In this document: one piece after another, positions 16,187 through 28,877 of the stretch
How the letters are laid out: each line of letters begins with the position of its first letter
How positions within the stretch are numbered: the stretch's first letter is position 1
Assembly: GCA_034226945.1 (NCBI GenBank)
Contig: CP120457.1
Location: 186,001 to 250,000 of the forward strand
DNA length: 64,000 nt
Reading direction: 5' to 3'
Source of the DNA: Picochlorum sp. SENEW3
Lineage: Eukaryota
Position numbers and translations under genes: made by a program
Notes under the pieces: model-generated
Told to the model about the DNA's origin: nothing
What the model saw: the letters and a program-made list of their open reading frames with translations, nothing else
Database searches by the model: none

Positions 16187-19043
16187 TCAATAAAAATTCT
16201 TGGTTTTTCCAACAATGGCCTCCAGAGATGCTCCCGGGCTGAACTCGGTGCCTCCATGGATCTTCTCGAGGACCACAAGTTCCTGGCCTGCCTCCTGAAC
16301 GGTCTCAGGATTCAGGAAAAGGCTACCGCAGTGAGCCAGGACCATGGTTATGTCTTTCTCTATGGATGGGAATCTATTTGATTTGCACCGCATCAGAAAA
16401 TCTCGCACGAGCAGCTCGCAGTAGTGGACCCTTTGGAAATGTGGGTTCTCCACCGAAGCACCTCCTCCCCATTCAATCTTCCATGGGGATTTGGGCACTT
16501 GGTATCCGACTCCTTGTCTCAATTTGAAATGCAGCTTTGACGGACCTTCCCGTCGGGCAAGCATTGTCACCTTTCTACCTTCCTCCAGGCGTACAGCCCT
16601 GTCAAGGTACTGTACTGCCTGTCCCCAGTAGTGGCCATGCTCTGTAAAGGGATTGTTTGAAATTGTGTCAACATCATCCAAATGCAAGTCAAACCAAAAC
16701 ATGACTGCATTTAACAGTCCAGATGTTTTCACTTGCAACTTGAGGAGTTTTTCACGAATGTTTTTGCGGTCCTCTGAATCAAAGAACACCTCTGTAACCT
16801 TGACAGGATCAGTGATTGCTCTGTACTGGAAGTCCCTAGCATCCACAACCTCGTAGCTCGAATCCCATCGATACCTATCAAAGCATGCCAGCTTTACACC
16901 TTCCATGGGTCTGGTGACAGCCTCAATGCCCATGCAGTATACCGTTGCTGCCTGGGGAATGACTTTTGCGCCTGGTTGGACAACCTTTCTCCTTGTGAGG
17001 CTAAGGATGTACTCAAACTGATTCCCCAACAAACCTGCATCAAACATGTCAGCAATGACCACGTTCGTTCCCAAGGGTCGCACTTCTTTTCCTCTCTGTA
17101 ATAGGGCGGCATCCCGGTGTACTACTGATATCTTTTTTGAATACCCACTTGCCGCGGCAGTCTTCCTGGCAATATCACACAAAGAAGCATGCAAGTCACA
17201 GGCGACGACAGACGTCGCTCCGGCTTTCGCAGCAGAAATGGCCAAGATACCTGTTCCAGTCCCAATATCAAGGACATGGGCTTCCCCTGATTCTTCCAAT
17301 ACTTGCTTGATTGTTCTGTCAATAGCTCTCTGATATCTCTGAATCCTTGACTCATCCCTCAACATTCCAAAGTGTTCATGTGGGAAGGATGCGTCTCTCT
17401 TGGCCAGACTAATATAATCAGCGCTTTCAATATCAAACTGCATCCTGACTGTATTGTGGGTCGCTAGGATTGGGATGATGGTGTCCTTGGCCACGCTCAA
17501 CTCTCCAGCCAGATACTGGATACCTGGTTGGAGGGACTCTGATTCCAAGCTGTTCAGATACACGTCTCCATACAAATGTATTTCATACCAAAACATGATG
17601 CCGTTCAACCTTCCATCCTGTGTGAATGTGACGTCCAAAGTCTTTGTCTCACTCTTTGTAGGAGGATTGCCAAAGTCAAAGTACCATGCTTCAATGGGAT
17701 CTGATAAGGCTTTGACGCAGTCTTTGTTCACTGTACCGCATGGAACTTGATTTGGGCACCACCTGTACAAATTCGCTGAGCTCATATCGACACCCGCCAC
17801 GTGGTTGACTCTCAATTCAACAGCCTGGGCATACACAGTTGCTGACGCTGGCATGATGATGTGACGCTCCGGGATCATCAATTCGCTCAGACTGTGCTGA
17901 ATCGCCGGAATGAGACCACTAGAAAGAATTTCCTTGTCAAATATATTCGCAATGAGGAGATTGCAGCAGATCTCAACGTCAGTATTGATTCTCAAATCCG
18001 TTGGCCGTTTGTACACAATACTGTACAAATCCTCATCAACTTCATTCTCCATCATCGTCTCTTTACACGCCAATGCCAGATACAACCATCGCTCGACGGC
18101 GGTCACGTGTCTTGCGCCAGCGCGAAGGGCGTGTATCGCCTGCACCCCTGCCCCTGCCCCCAAATTCAAAACTCGGCAGTCTGTATCAGAGGATTCAAAA
18201 TAATCAACTGCTTGCTCGATCGCTCGCCTATACTGTCTATTAAAATATGGATCCTGAAGCTGCTTGAGAATCCTTTTGGGCATTCGTATATCCGATTGGA
18301 CCGTCATATAATTGTAGGTATCTTTGATATGATGATCATTTTCCGCTTGGAATGGCGTCAGGAAGCTCACTGGAAGCAAATCATCCGTCTTAATCCTATG
18401 CAGCGGAGCTGCATATGGATGGTAGGAAATTTTTTGAGAAGCATGGGGATACGTAATCGTCCGATGCTCCTGGCTCTTTCCCTCTGCGAGGTCCTTGAGA
18501 ATGGCTTGATTTGCCTTCTCCAGCCCCAGCTTGAGATCAGGATTAAATGCATCCATCGACAGTCCTTTTTCAAAAACCCCAACAGCCTCACGATATCTAC
18601 CCAATCCCATCAACGCCGACCCTTTTCGGTGAAATGCTTTGATGTACGACGACGACCCTTTGAAATTCCTCCGCAACGATGACTGTGCCAAAAGCATACT
18701 CCTCTCAGCATGCCACAGAGCCTCCTCATACTTTTCCAATTTCAAATACGCTGCTGAGCAATTCCCATGGCATATGTACATCTCGGGATGCGTCAAATTA
18801 TTCTTCTTTGCCTTCTCAAACATGATGGTATAGATGGCAATGGCATCCTCCAACTTGTTCTCCTTGTACAGGGCAGTAGCCTTGGTATTCAGGGAAGACA
18901 GGGGCAAATCCATGATTTTAACCTGTATTTAACAAACATATATGTGATTGTAGGCGCCCGAGGTGGCATTTTCAAGCTCTCTTCCTGACTATACGTACCT
19001 GTTGGGACGCCTTGTCCAGTTGACCAACACCGTCCTCGTCCAT
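16187..19043 (-). CDS. TPR-repeat plus tandem PRMT-fold protein (PRMT7/PRMT9-like); exons 19043-18999 and 18922-16187
   Basis: N-terminal TPRs; two SAM-binding modules (VLNLGAGAG; VLDIGTGTG), WFDL and HYWGQ motifs. In-frame first exon MDEDGVGQLDKASQQ with a GTACGT...TACAG intron. Confidence 0.85.
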
Positions 19044-19367
19044 CTTGTCAGGAGTGTATGGCATATGCGGATTACCCATTAAGTATTATTACTACGGTGA
19101 CAGGTGATGGAAAATCTATACTCTTGGATCTCTACTCCAGGATTCGTGGTTTGAATCTTGTCAATCAAATGCTAATGCTGCGAAAAAGAACGCCGTTATC
19201 TCCTATCGATCGTTTCAAAAGCAGTACTAGTAATATTTGATATTCATAAATAGTCGAGAGTATATATCTGATCTTTCTTCTACAGATGAGGGATGGTCAC
19301 TATTCCTTTGTTGACCTCCTCAATAGTCAACGCGCGACTCTCCTTTGATGAACTCGAAATCGAGTCC

Positions 19368-20587
19368 TCACATGATGCTACATTGTGCACTATGGTCTAC
19401 ACGTGCTGCTTTCACATCATCACCTTCATCATTGTACTTGGAAAGTATCATATCTAAGAGTTTCTTTGCTTCCTCATCGTAATCTACAGTCGCGCTCATC
19501 TCCATACACGAGTCTATATCCCCACCTCGGTGCTGTGGTGGCTCATCTACATCCTCTTCGTCTTCCTCATGAGAGTCCTCACCGGCCTGAATAATCTGTC
19601 GCAGCGATGCCATGACACCAAGGATAAAGTCCTTATCTTTATGGGACAAGGCCTCCAGAATCAGATTCTTCGTATTATCCAGAGTCATCTGGCAGAGCGT
19701 GTTGACTGCAGCATCCTTGACCCTCAGGCTGTCAGCAAGTATCAAAATCTCCATAACTGAAAGTACACCACCCGCATCAACCAAATCAAACCTCAAAGAA
19801 GGATCTTTCTCGCATAGCGTACTTATAAGGCTCATGGTCAGGGTAATGCGCTCGCAGTCAAGGGATTGCTCATTACAAATTCTGTGCACAAGACCAAGGC
19901 AACGAGGCCGCAGCAGACTCGCCAGCGCCTCATCAATCGTATCAATGGTTGCCACTGTCCTATCCAATAATTCCAAATATGTTATATTTCCATCGTCAAT
20001 GTATTCGCAGAGGTATTCAATGAGAGTCATCTTTGCATTCTTGTTGAAATGGCAAATATTTGAAATAGCTTCCATTGCTGTGGCTGATTTGATCTGACGA
20101 ACATCAATTGTCCACGGCACTAACGTCGGAATGGCATCTAAGAAATAATCCTGCACTGGATTGAATAATATATTGCAGCTCTGGTTTTCTAGTGCAGTCA
20201 CTCCACTATACAGTCTCACTTTTGAGGAGGAACAATGGTCCGTCAGTGCAGCAATCACAGTTGCTGCTTTGACTCCCACAGCTTCGCTCTCGTCGTTTAG
20301 AAACTCCAAGAGGACATGGGCCACATCGGACTCCACAAGAATGAACTGATTCCTATAGTTTGGATCAGAGTGATCGATACATTGGATCACTCTGTCGAGA
20401 GCCTGCATTCAGAGAGACTTTAATGTCACAGAGACATGGCATGTGCAGGACGACAGCGACATCTCCATACCTTGAGTTTCACATCAATTCCTTTCCCAAA
20501 TGTAGACCCAATCTCTAAAGCTATCTGAATAACCTCTTGGTCGCACTCATCGTCCTCTCGACTGCGTTTTTTTGATGGTAGTTGCAT
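19368..20587 (-). CDS. ARM-repeat-like protein with C-terminal CaaX (CSIM); exons 20587-20471 and 20402-19368
   Basis: Helical leucine-rich repeats (LVDAGGV..., VKDAAVNTL), an in-frame 68-nt GT-AG intron and a terminal CSIM. Confidence 0.7.
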
Positions 20588-20639
20588 CTCCGTATTTCTA
20601 AATCTTTGTCAGATATCATTTGCATACATTTTTACAGAT

Positions 20640-22710
20640 TCATATGTAATTATTATGATCCGTCTTGCGACAATCTGAATTCTTGGTCTGTTTTTCATTC
20701 GCATCGGACTGCAGACTGACATCGACTTCGCAGAGGGACAGGGCAGTTCTCTTCTTTGGAAGGTACACGGCAACATTGGTCCCTTTGAGTGGAGTGGTGC
20801 ACTGGATAACGATTGGCGACCCTCTTTTCACTTTACTAGGTACTTTTCCACATAAAGAGAACCTCTTTCGATCTCCAGAGCCATCCCATGTCTGATTGCC
20901 CACCATGATGTTGGCACCTGTGATGGAGGAGGAGCAGCAGTCTGCTCTCGTGGTGATGGTCACAGAAGTCACGACATCCTGTTTTGGGAGTGGAGCCGTC
21001 CACCATGGATAACTGCGCTTAGGATTGGTGATGGCGCATGACTTGGCATGCCTTCTAGCATTGTGTCTGCAGTCTCCATTGTTCCCGTATGTAGCCACAT
21101 ACTTTTTATATGTGCTTGACTGTGTTGCTGGCCTCCCTCGAATGCTTGTCGTTCCACACTGTGGTGCTGCATCGGGTGATGATTCGCCGACTTCAGGATT
21201 GGGCTCTTGAGGAATGTTTTCTGGATTCTTTGGAAGCCCTGGGACAACGTCTGCTTCCTTTGGAATTTTCAACCCGAGTTTCTTCACAGCCTCAAAGGTG
21301 TTGAGCCTTCCACCTGAAATGGTGTATTTGCTTCCATCTTGGAAGGGTGTTGCTGTCTCGACTAATAATGATTTAATTTCTGCTGGTTGAAGATCGTATC
21401 CTGCTTCCAGAGCAAGAGATTTCAAAAGCGCTGCAGCCCCACACACAATTGGTGCAGCCATGGATGTCCCGCTCATGACACCATACTGTCCGTCATTCGT
21501 GGTACTGTAAATGGAGGAGCCAGGAGCTGCCAGATGCACTGTACTTCGCCCTATATTGGAAAACGCTGACATCAAGTTTGTACTCGTGGTGGATCCAATG
21601 GTCAAGACGTTGCTTTCCTTGTATGATGCTGGGTACAGAGGGGACCTGTCAAGGTCAAGGCCATTGTTATTCCCTGCCGCAACAACGAACAATGCGTTTT
21701 CACTGTTCAGCTTCTTGATCTCATCGTGAAGAATCTCAGAGTACCCAACGCCTCCCCATGAATTCGAGTATATGTGTGCACCCTCTTCTTGGCACAGTCT
21801 AATGCATGTGATGGCATCAGAGATGTACCCAGCTCCACTGGCAGTAATGAATCTGCAAGGAAGCAAACCCACTTTCCATGCACCGCCGGTTACTCCTCGT
21901 GCATTATTACTCACAGCTCCAACAAGTCCAGCAACATGCGTTCCATGGCCGAGGCTGTCGTCGAAATTGGCCCACTCAACACTTCCTGGGGTTGGATAGC
22001 TGTTCCCATCAGACAGAGGGACAACATTCCATCCCTTGAGGATATTGCCAGCAACGTCAGGGTGATTCATATCAACACCACTATCAATCACACAGACCTT
22101 CACATCAGCTGATCCAGTAGTCACGTCCCATGCTTTATCGTTACCAACCACACGGTGATGCCACTGATTCTGATACAAGGAATCTGAAGGCGTTTTATAC
22201 AACTCAATTTCGTAGTCAGGTTCGGCGACGGCAACGTCTACTCTCTTTTTCAGTTGTTCTACTTTCTTCTCAACGCTCATTCCATCAATAATGTCATATG
22301 CTATAGCAACGTGATTCCTGGAGAAGTCGGTGGTCCCAGCTGCATAGGATTTGGTGCTCTTTCCAACATGAGCCAATCTCAAACCTAGGGACCGATCTTC
22401 CTCCTCGACGGATAAAACCGTGGCTCTAAAGCGAACTAATACTCTGTTTGGAGCATGGGGTTTGAGCACCTGCGCGAGCAAATGAAACACGAGAGTAAGC
22501 ATGCTCTGTCCACAGGGGTTTTTAGATCACAACTATCCCTGGCCTGTCTTCTGCCTTTCTTTCTTCATACCAACCAGCACGCACCTGCTTCGCTCCAAGT
22601 ACTCCTGAGAGCTGTATGTATAGGAAAAACAATACAAGCAGCGATCGATAGTGACGCACGAGGCGAGAACCTGTGGTGCACTTTTGCCACGCTGCCAGGG
22701 TGCAAGACAT
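20640..22710 (-). CDS. Subtilisin-like (S8) serine protease with C-terminal F-type-lectin-like domain; exons 22710-22585 and 22469-20640
   Basis: Catalytic triad motifs VIDSG, HGTHVAG, SGTSMAAP. C-terminal ATQSSTY...PWW...TRADCC...LCEVDV. Exon 1 encodes a hydrophobic signal. Confidence 0.9.
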
Positions 22711-22743
22711 GATCACTCTCAAACTTTGCAGGTTATGATATTA

Positions 22744-24072
22744 CCCAGTATGGCACGCGATCAAACTCTAATCTACAACAATACACCAAGTTTTCAAACG
22801 TGAGAATACGATTCCCAGCAACAGAGGGTTGGTTGGTAGAGAGAGCTGTTGTTCTGGTGAGGCACAGACACTTTCTGGATCAGTTGGGTGTCAAAGGAAA
22901 ACCTATTCGTGATGATCAGCGTCGCTTGACAACGTGCGATTGCCTGATCAAAACTCGATCTCCCTCCTTCGCGAATGAAATATGTCGAATTGGAATTGTA
23001 TCCTTAGCATTGTGATCCCCCAATGTTGAAAGCAGGCTCACATCTGCCTTATGCCCCCTCCCATGAGACCATCATAGATTCATCCCTCCCCTCCCATCCA
23101 GGCTGCCTTTCAATGGTCATAAATATTCAAATAGAGGGGATTGACACGGGCAACACCCCTCCTCCGCGTCACACGCAAAAGCGATCTACTTTGGGAACGA
23201 AGACACCAAAGTTCTGGAGACGGCCTCGCACGCACCCCAGCCCATCGATTTTGACCACATATGGAGTTGTAATGATGTCTATACTCCTGCCGTGGTCGAT
23301 CATCGGCCAGCAGCAGCGACACGCCTCGAGCGGAATTGCTCGGAGCAACCTTCCCCCCAGCCCCCCACGTGTATCCACTATAGAGAGCAACGATCCCTTC
23401 CAACATGTTTGAAGACCATATTAAACCGAAAGAACCTCCATTCTGGACCTTTCCCCGCACCTTGGATGACAACCCCCCCTCCCCCAACCGATCCTTTGGA
23501 ACCACAGACTCGTGGCTTCTGCCTCGACTACCAACCTCATACAAACCCATCAATACAGGACACGCACGCGTACAAACACTTTCAACCAGTGATAGAATGG
23601 TTCTGCACGGGTACAGCACCTTGTAAATGAAATATCAGTCAACGAAAAGCTCTCTTCAAACCGCCGGCTCGAGTGCAGACAACGGTCAGCAGAGGACGCG
23701 TTAGCAGCGGCCTAGGTGTCTGGTTCCCCCTCCAAATAAATTTACAGTATAAAATTCTCAAATGTACATCTAATACACCTGAGATTCGGCCCATCCGCCC
23801 TTTATTGCAGCATTCAGTTCAAACCCCTTTCGGAGTCGGTCATGCGAGGTTGGTTCTGAAGCTGGCACCCGCCTCTTGATTCAGGTTGTATTAGATTACC
23901 ACCACAAATACCTACCTTGGCATCGATATAACGTGAACAATAGTCAAGATGTCGTTTATTCTTCGAGTAGATGTATGAGGGCATCCCCTTGAACACAATA
24001 GGGGAGGTGGGCATGAGTCGTGACAAACCCAAGGTTTGAATATCTCAGCCGGGCGCCCCCCTCCCAGTATGG
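22744..24072 (-). other. Non-coding, highly self-complementary ~1.3-kb element flanked by a 10-bp direct repeat (putative structured RNA or non-autonomous mobile element)
   Basis: CCCAGTATGG at 22744-22753 and 24063-24072, several nested antiparallel helices, a GAAA tetraloop hairpin on the minus strand, and no credible ORF. Confidence 0.55.
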
Positions 24073-24218
24073 TTGTCAGTGTCTCAATTGAAGGGAAACG
24101 CGATTCTGCTCATTGTAATAAAAATTTGTTGTATCAAAAGATACTGTGTACTGTAGAATGTGCTTTAGATTTGGTTGAAAAAGAACTTTCACTGCATGGC
24201 ACAACCCACGTATTGAGA

Positions 24219-24955
24219 ATGGGAGTCTCTACTCGAAAGTCCAAGGTATGATGTTCAAATTACAAAATTTTTCATTGCAATGGATGGTTGTTGTCCATGC
24301 AACGCATACGATCGAAAGAAGGGAGGAACAAGTTTGTGGGACGCTGTGCTGCAGGCGACGTCACCTAAGAATGCTCGGCCGGAGAAAAGAGGGCATGGGT
24401 CGGTGCGACAGAAGAAGAAGACAAAGATTCAGGCAAAGAAGGCTGCCTTTCGGGAGAGTGCGTGAGATGATGCTTGCTCCTGCTCACAGGAGGAGCCCAC
24501 AGAGTTGTGTGTGTTACTGAACCAAGTTGTCACATTCACACATATATTGTCATCACGATGCAGAGTTAAAAGTTGAGCATGCCAGCAAGGCATCTGGGAA
24601 GACAAAAATGAAGAAAAAGAAGAGGAATGAAAAGAAATATACTGCCCTTAATGATATGAAGAGTCTGGCTGAGACCTTGGGAGATTTTGGTCAACATGAT
24701 TCACTTGCCATGAAGGTGACAACAGTGAAAACCGCAAAACAGAGGGACAGGATTCTGTACGTCTTTTTTACTATATTTATGCATGGTGTGTATATTAATA
24801 TTAATGATATATGCTTCTTGTTGTTGTTGTTGTTGTGCAGACAGGAGGAGAAGGAGAGAATGTCTCAGGTGCATGGCCATCCAGTTTTTCAATCAGATCC
24901 TCTCAAAGCTGTCCTGGGGCATTTAGAAGCCACGCTTCCGCCACCTCCAAGATGA
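24219..24955 (+). CDS. SLX9: SLX9/FAM207-like ribosome biogenesis protein; exons 24219-24245, 24355-24457, 24564-24756, 24841-24955
   Basis: Lys-rich spliced protein ending EKERMSQVHGHPVFQSDPLKAVLGHLEATL, typical of the SLX9 C-terminus. All three introns are GT-AG and preserve frame. Confidence 0.75.
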
Positions 24956-24961
24956 TTCTTT

Positions 24962-26078
24962 TCATGCATGTATAGACCATGGATCTGCCTTCATCTCTGC
25001 TACATCTGTATAAAAATTTCTTCTCATGGGATCAACATCAACCAACCAGGACACATCTTTCCCTATTCCATGGTGTTCTATTTCTTCTTCTTTCGAAGTA
25101 TGTAAGATTGCTTTTTCAATCTGAATGGCTGTTAGGACAGGCCATTTTGCACGAGGTTCTAGTTCGTGTATCTCACCACACATGGTGAGTTCCTCGCAAA
25201 GCATGTTGAGCACCCGAGTCTTCTTCTCCTCTTCCTGACTCGCGGTGCACTCTCGAACGTGCTGACCCAAGCACCCTAACAGCCACCTATGATAAAACCA
25301 TCCACTTTGATCCAGAGGATCCGTGTAGCAGGCTTGTCGAACAAATTGGAATTCTTCCTCCAGTGTGTCCAGGGGAATATCATGCACAGCTTTGGATGAC
25401 AAGTTCCCAACGCTCTTCTCAATCTCATCCTGCTCCTTACCTTGCAGCGGTAAGAGCGTACTTCTATGATGCCATGCAGAGTAATTTGAAAAGTTCTGTT
25501 CAATCTTTTTCCGAGAGTACTCTAGTTCTCGGGAAACAGGGAGTCCCATGTGCTTTGAGATACATCGTCTGTATCCCCATCCGTGGAAATTCCTATCATC
25601 AGCATCCAGTAATTTCTCCACAAGATCCAACTCATGCTCCAACGAGCAAAACCCACTGGACACAACCCATCGCCTGTGATGAAACGTGGCATATGACTTG
25701 GGGTTCTTGAACAATGCTCTTTCCGTCACAACCAGTTCCTCCTTCACCGCAGCCACAGCCTCATCACCACCTTTATCAATAATAGATTCTAAATACTCTC
25801 TTCTATAGTTCCATACAGTATACATTTCAGGATTCATCTGCAAGAGCTTGGAAGACATGTTCAAATTCTCTACAGTGAATAGTCTCTGCTGCCTTGCCTC
25901 CAACACACGGCGACATAGTTCTCCAAACAATTCTGCCTGTACAAGTATAGCATTGGTGGCCCTGTAAGATTCCACGTATACATGCAAACGTTCCTCCAGG
26001 ACGCACCTTTTTCTCTGCTGCCTTGACTTTCTCAGGGTTCTGAGGACCCACATCTTTCACCCGTGGCCTTCCATGCAT
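24962..26078 (-). CDS. RABGGTA: Rab geranylgeranyltransferase alpha subunit; exons 26078-26007 and 25936-24962
   Basis: N-terminal MHGRPR; PPTA repeats NPEMYTVWNYRR, NPKSY, RNFHGWGYR, NFSNYSAWHHR, DQSGWFY; DPMR. Confidence 0.92.
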
Positions 26079-26317
26079 GATTACAATCTTTTCAAATATT
26101 TCTTTATGCACTTGTTGTATCCTGTGCGCCACATCCCTCTGTTTGGGATGTTGATGAGAATTCCCACCCAGACTGATCTCACACTCATTGCTCATTTGTT
26201 GCATTAGATGTCTGCCGATCGCATCGCCAGGGATTTGTGGAATTATATTTTAAATTTAAGCATTGAGAGCGTGCTGAACATTGTATTATCACCGTGTTGT
26301 GTTGTTAAGACCGCAGG

Positions 26318-28865
26318 ATGTCGGGTCCTTTGATAGGTGGTGGTACGTCACTCCTGATCCATTCATTTGGAGACTTGATTGGACCTTTTGAATATAGACT
26401 ATATATTTTTGGGATGCATTGGTCTCATGCGTGGTTTTCATCGTTGACGGGAGGGATATCGAGGGATTGGTTTTCTTGCTTTTTCTTCTGTGCAACGGAA
26501 CGACCTGGGTATATCGTGATCGATTCATGGTGGACTGACGTTCAGGACATATATTCTTGCAGATGAAGTGAATGCAATTGTGCTGGATGTGGGGACATAC
26601 CAGGTGAAGGCTGGGTATGCTGGAGAAGATGCACCAAAGTTTATTTGTCCATCTGTACGTCTGGTATTGTACTCTTTTGGCATTGCCATAGGTTGGTTCC
26701 AATGTGTCTAATCAATATGCGCATCGTACAGGTTGTTGGTGTTGGTGGTGAGTCTCTTGCTGCAGCAAAGAAGGGTTCAGACAGTGCTGCAATGGAAACG
26801 GATGAGCGTATGATCCGAGCTGGAGTGAATGCGCTAGAAGTACCACGAGATAATATGGAAGTAGTTTCACCTTTTAAAGATGGTCTTTTGGACGATTGGG
26901 ATGCGGTAGAGGCGCTCTGGGACCACATGCTCAAGTACGGGGTGTCGTTGGGTCTGCACATGTTGTCTTGATATACATAGATTTCGATTGACGATGCAAT
27001 GTGTGTATGCAGGGATCAAATGAGACTGACAACGGATGAGCATCCTATGATGCTTGCAGAGCCGTCACAGAATGAGAAGGCTGTGAGGGAGAAGATGGTG
27101 GAGATTATGTTTGAAAAGTATAATGTTCCAGGTGAGTATATTGGAACTACTATGACTGGTATATATGTATATAATACGAACGGTGTATCATGTGGCTTAT
27201 ATAATGTGTGCAGCCGTCTTTGTTGCCAAAAATGCTGTACTAAGTTCATTTGCAATTGGAAGGCAAACCTCTCTGGTGATTGATTCTGGACACGAGTCCA
27301 CCGTTGGTGCGTGATTTTACAAGTATACTAGTATACACACATGGTTGTATATGGATACGGGGTATCCACGTACTAAATGAGGAGCTTCTCAATGGCAAGC
27401 TTGAGCTGCTGAATCTGGTTCTTCAGCTGGCTTCCTTCATTTGTGGTGATGCTTGCTGCAATCACTGGTCTTGTGACTCCACAAGCACGTCCAAGCGCAG
27501 CTTTGGATGGAACGAACACATATGGAACGTTCTTGTCCTCAGCAAGCAGGGGCAGATGAAGGAGAATCTCAATTGGCTCTGTGTCAGCAGCCATGATGAC
27601 AACTTCACTGATTCCTCTGTTGAGAGTCTTTGTCGCTGCACAATATGTCGAAGGTTAGCAGTAGAACAACCAGATTCGGATGCTATGTGAGAACGTACCT
27701 TCGTTTGCTCCCTTCTTGATTTGCTTATAGTTGGTGGCTTGTTGAACAAGATCCAACAACGTGTTTGTCAGCTGCATGTGTTGAATATATAAATAGTTAT
27801 GGGTTGATTTGGGGATCGAGGAATGCATATGGGAAGATGAGGTTTCCTTCGACGCATGGCATGCACATCGTACCTGAGCATCTGCGAGGGGGTATGCCTT
27901 GGGGTTCACAGCCTCACTCATTTTTCTTAGATCCTTGACCGATCACTACCCTTGTCGATAGATTTAGTCTGTTTTGTGTCGTACGGGTGTGGGAGGGGGG
28001 AATTCGACACTTGTGTGTTGCCGCAGATGGACTGTGGACAGAGTAATTCGTTAGTGGCTGACCATGTAGTACATATTCTGTTGCAGTATCCGCTGTTCAT
28101 GATGGTTACGTGCTGAAAAAGTCTATTATCAAGACTCCTATCGCCGGCCACTTTCTTACGAAATGCATGCAGCATACAATCGAAGAGAAGGGGATTGCTG
28201 TGAAACCGAGATACTCTTTTAAACGGGTGGATACCGCTGGAGCTGCTCCAATAGTGGAAGATATAGACTGCTCGCGCATTACAGACAGTTTTAAGGCATA
28301 CCATATTGACGCTATTTGTCAGGATGCAAAGCATGCGGTGTGTCGCCAGCTCTCTGATACTCCATTTAGCCCAGAGGAGAATGCAAACATTCCAAACGTA
28401 ACCTACGAGCTTCCAGATGGTCAAGAAATTCACATTGGGCCTCAACGTTTCTCTATCCCCGAGTTATTATTCAACCCCTCTCTTGCAAACGGGTTTGGTA
28501 GTGTTGGTGAGGAAATTTTGAGAACTCCTGATGTAGAGAACAAGGGACTTTCCCAATTGGTCACAGAGTGCATAGGAAAGTGTGACATTGATGTGAGACG
28601 AGAACTGTACAATGGTATTTTGCTTACAGGAGGTACTTCCCTCTTTGCTTCTCTTCAGAAACGTTTAGAGGATGAGGTGACAAATTTGGCTCCATCCATG
28701 ATGAAGGTTCGCGTCATATCACCAAGTAATGCCATTGAGAAGAGGTATTCTACTTGGATTGGTGGGTCAATCTTGGCCTCCCTTGGAACCTTCCAGCAAA
28801 TGTGGATGTCCAAATCTGAATATAAAGAATATGGTGCAGGGTTAATTCACAAAAAAGCTCCCTAA
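26318..28865 (+). CDS. ARP4: Actin-related protein 4 (nuclear); exons 26318-26342, 26563-26654, 26732-26934, 27013-27131, 27214-27306, 28087-28865 (436 aa)
   Basis: [13 protein letters not shown]...[58 protein letters not shown]. Exon phases are mutually consistent. Confidence 0.9.
27373..27921 (-). CDS. SNU13: 15.5K/SNU13 kink-turn-binding protein; exons 27921-27874, 27771-27699, 27635-27373; nested in ARP4 intron 5
   Basis: [51 protein letters not shown]...[20 protein letters not shown], 127 aa. Confidence 0.95.
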
Positions 28866-28877
28866 ATATACATGTAA

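Noticed and set aside
16108..16278. N-terminal extension of the ELIP-like ORF overlapping the PRMT gene end
   Set aside because: The likely start is the ATG at 16107; the upstream frame is intergenic or PRMT sequence.
22800..24070. Telomerase RNA or RNase P/MRP RNA identity for the structured element
   Set aside because: No CCCTAAA-type template on either strand and no matching P4 CR-I/CR-V pair found by eye.
23907..24145. U1 snRNA-like 5' end (ATACCTACCTTGG) and Sm-like AATTTGTTG on the plus strand
   Set aside because: Lacks the invariant ACTTAC, the canonical U1-70K and U1A loops, and the expected length. The first motif is equally explained as a minus-strand splice-donor-like sequence.
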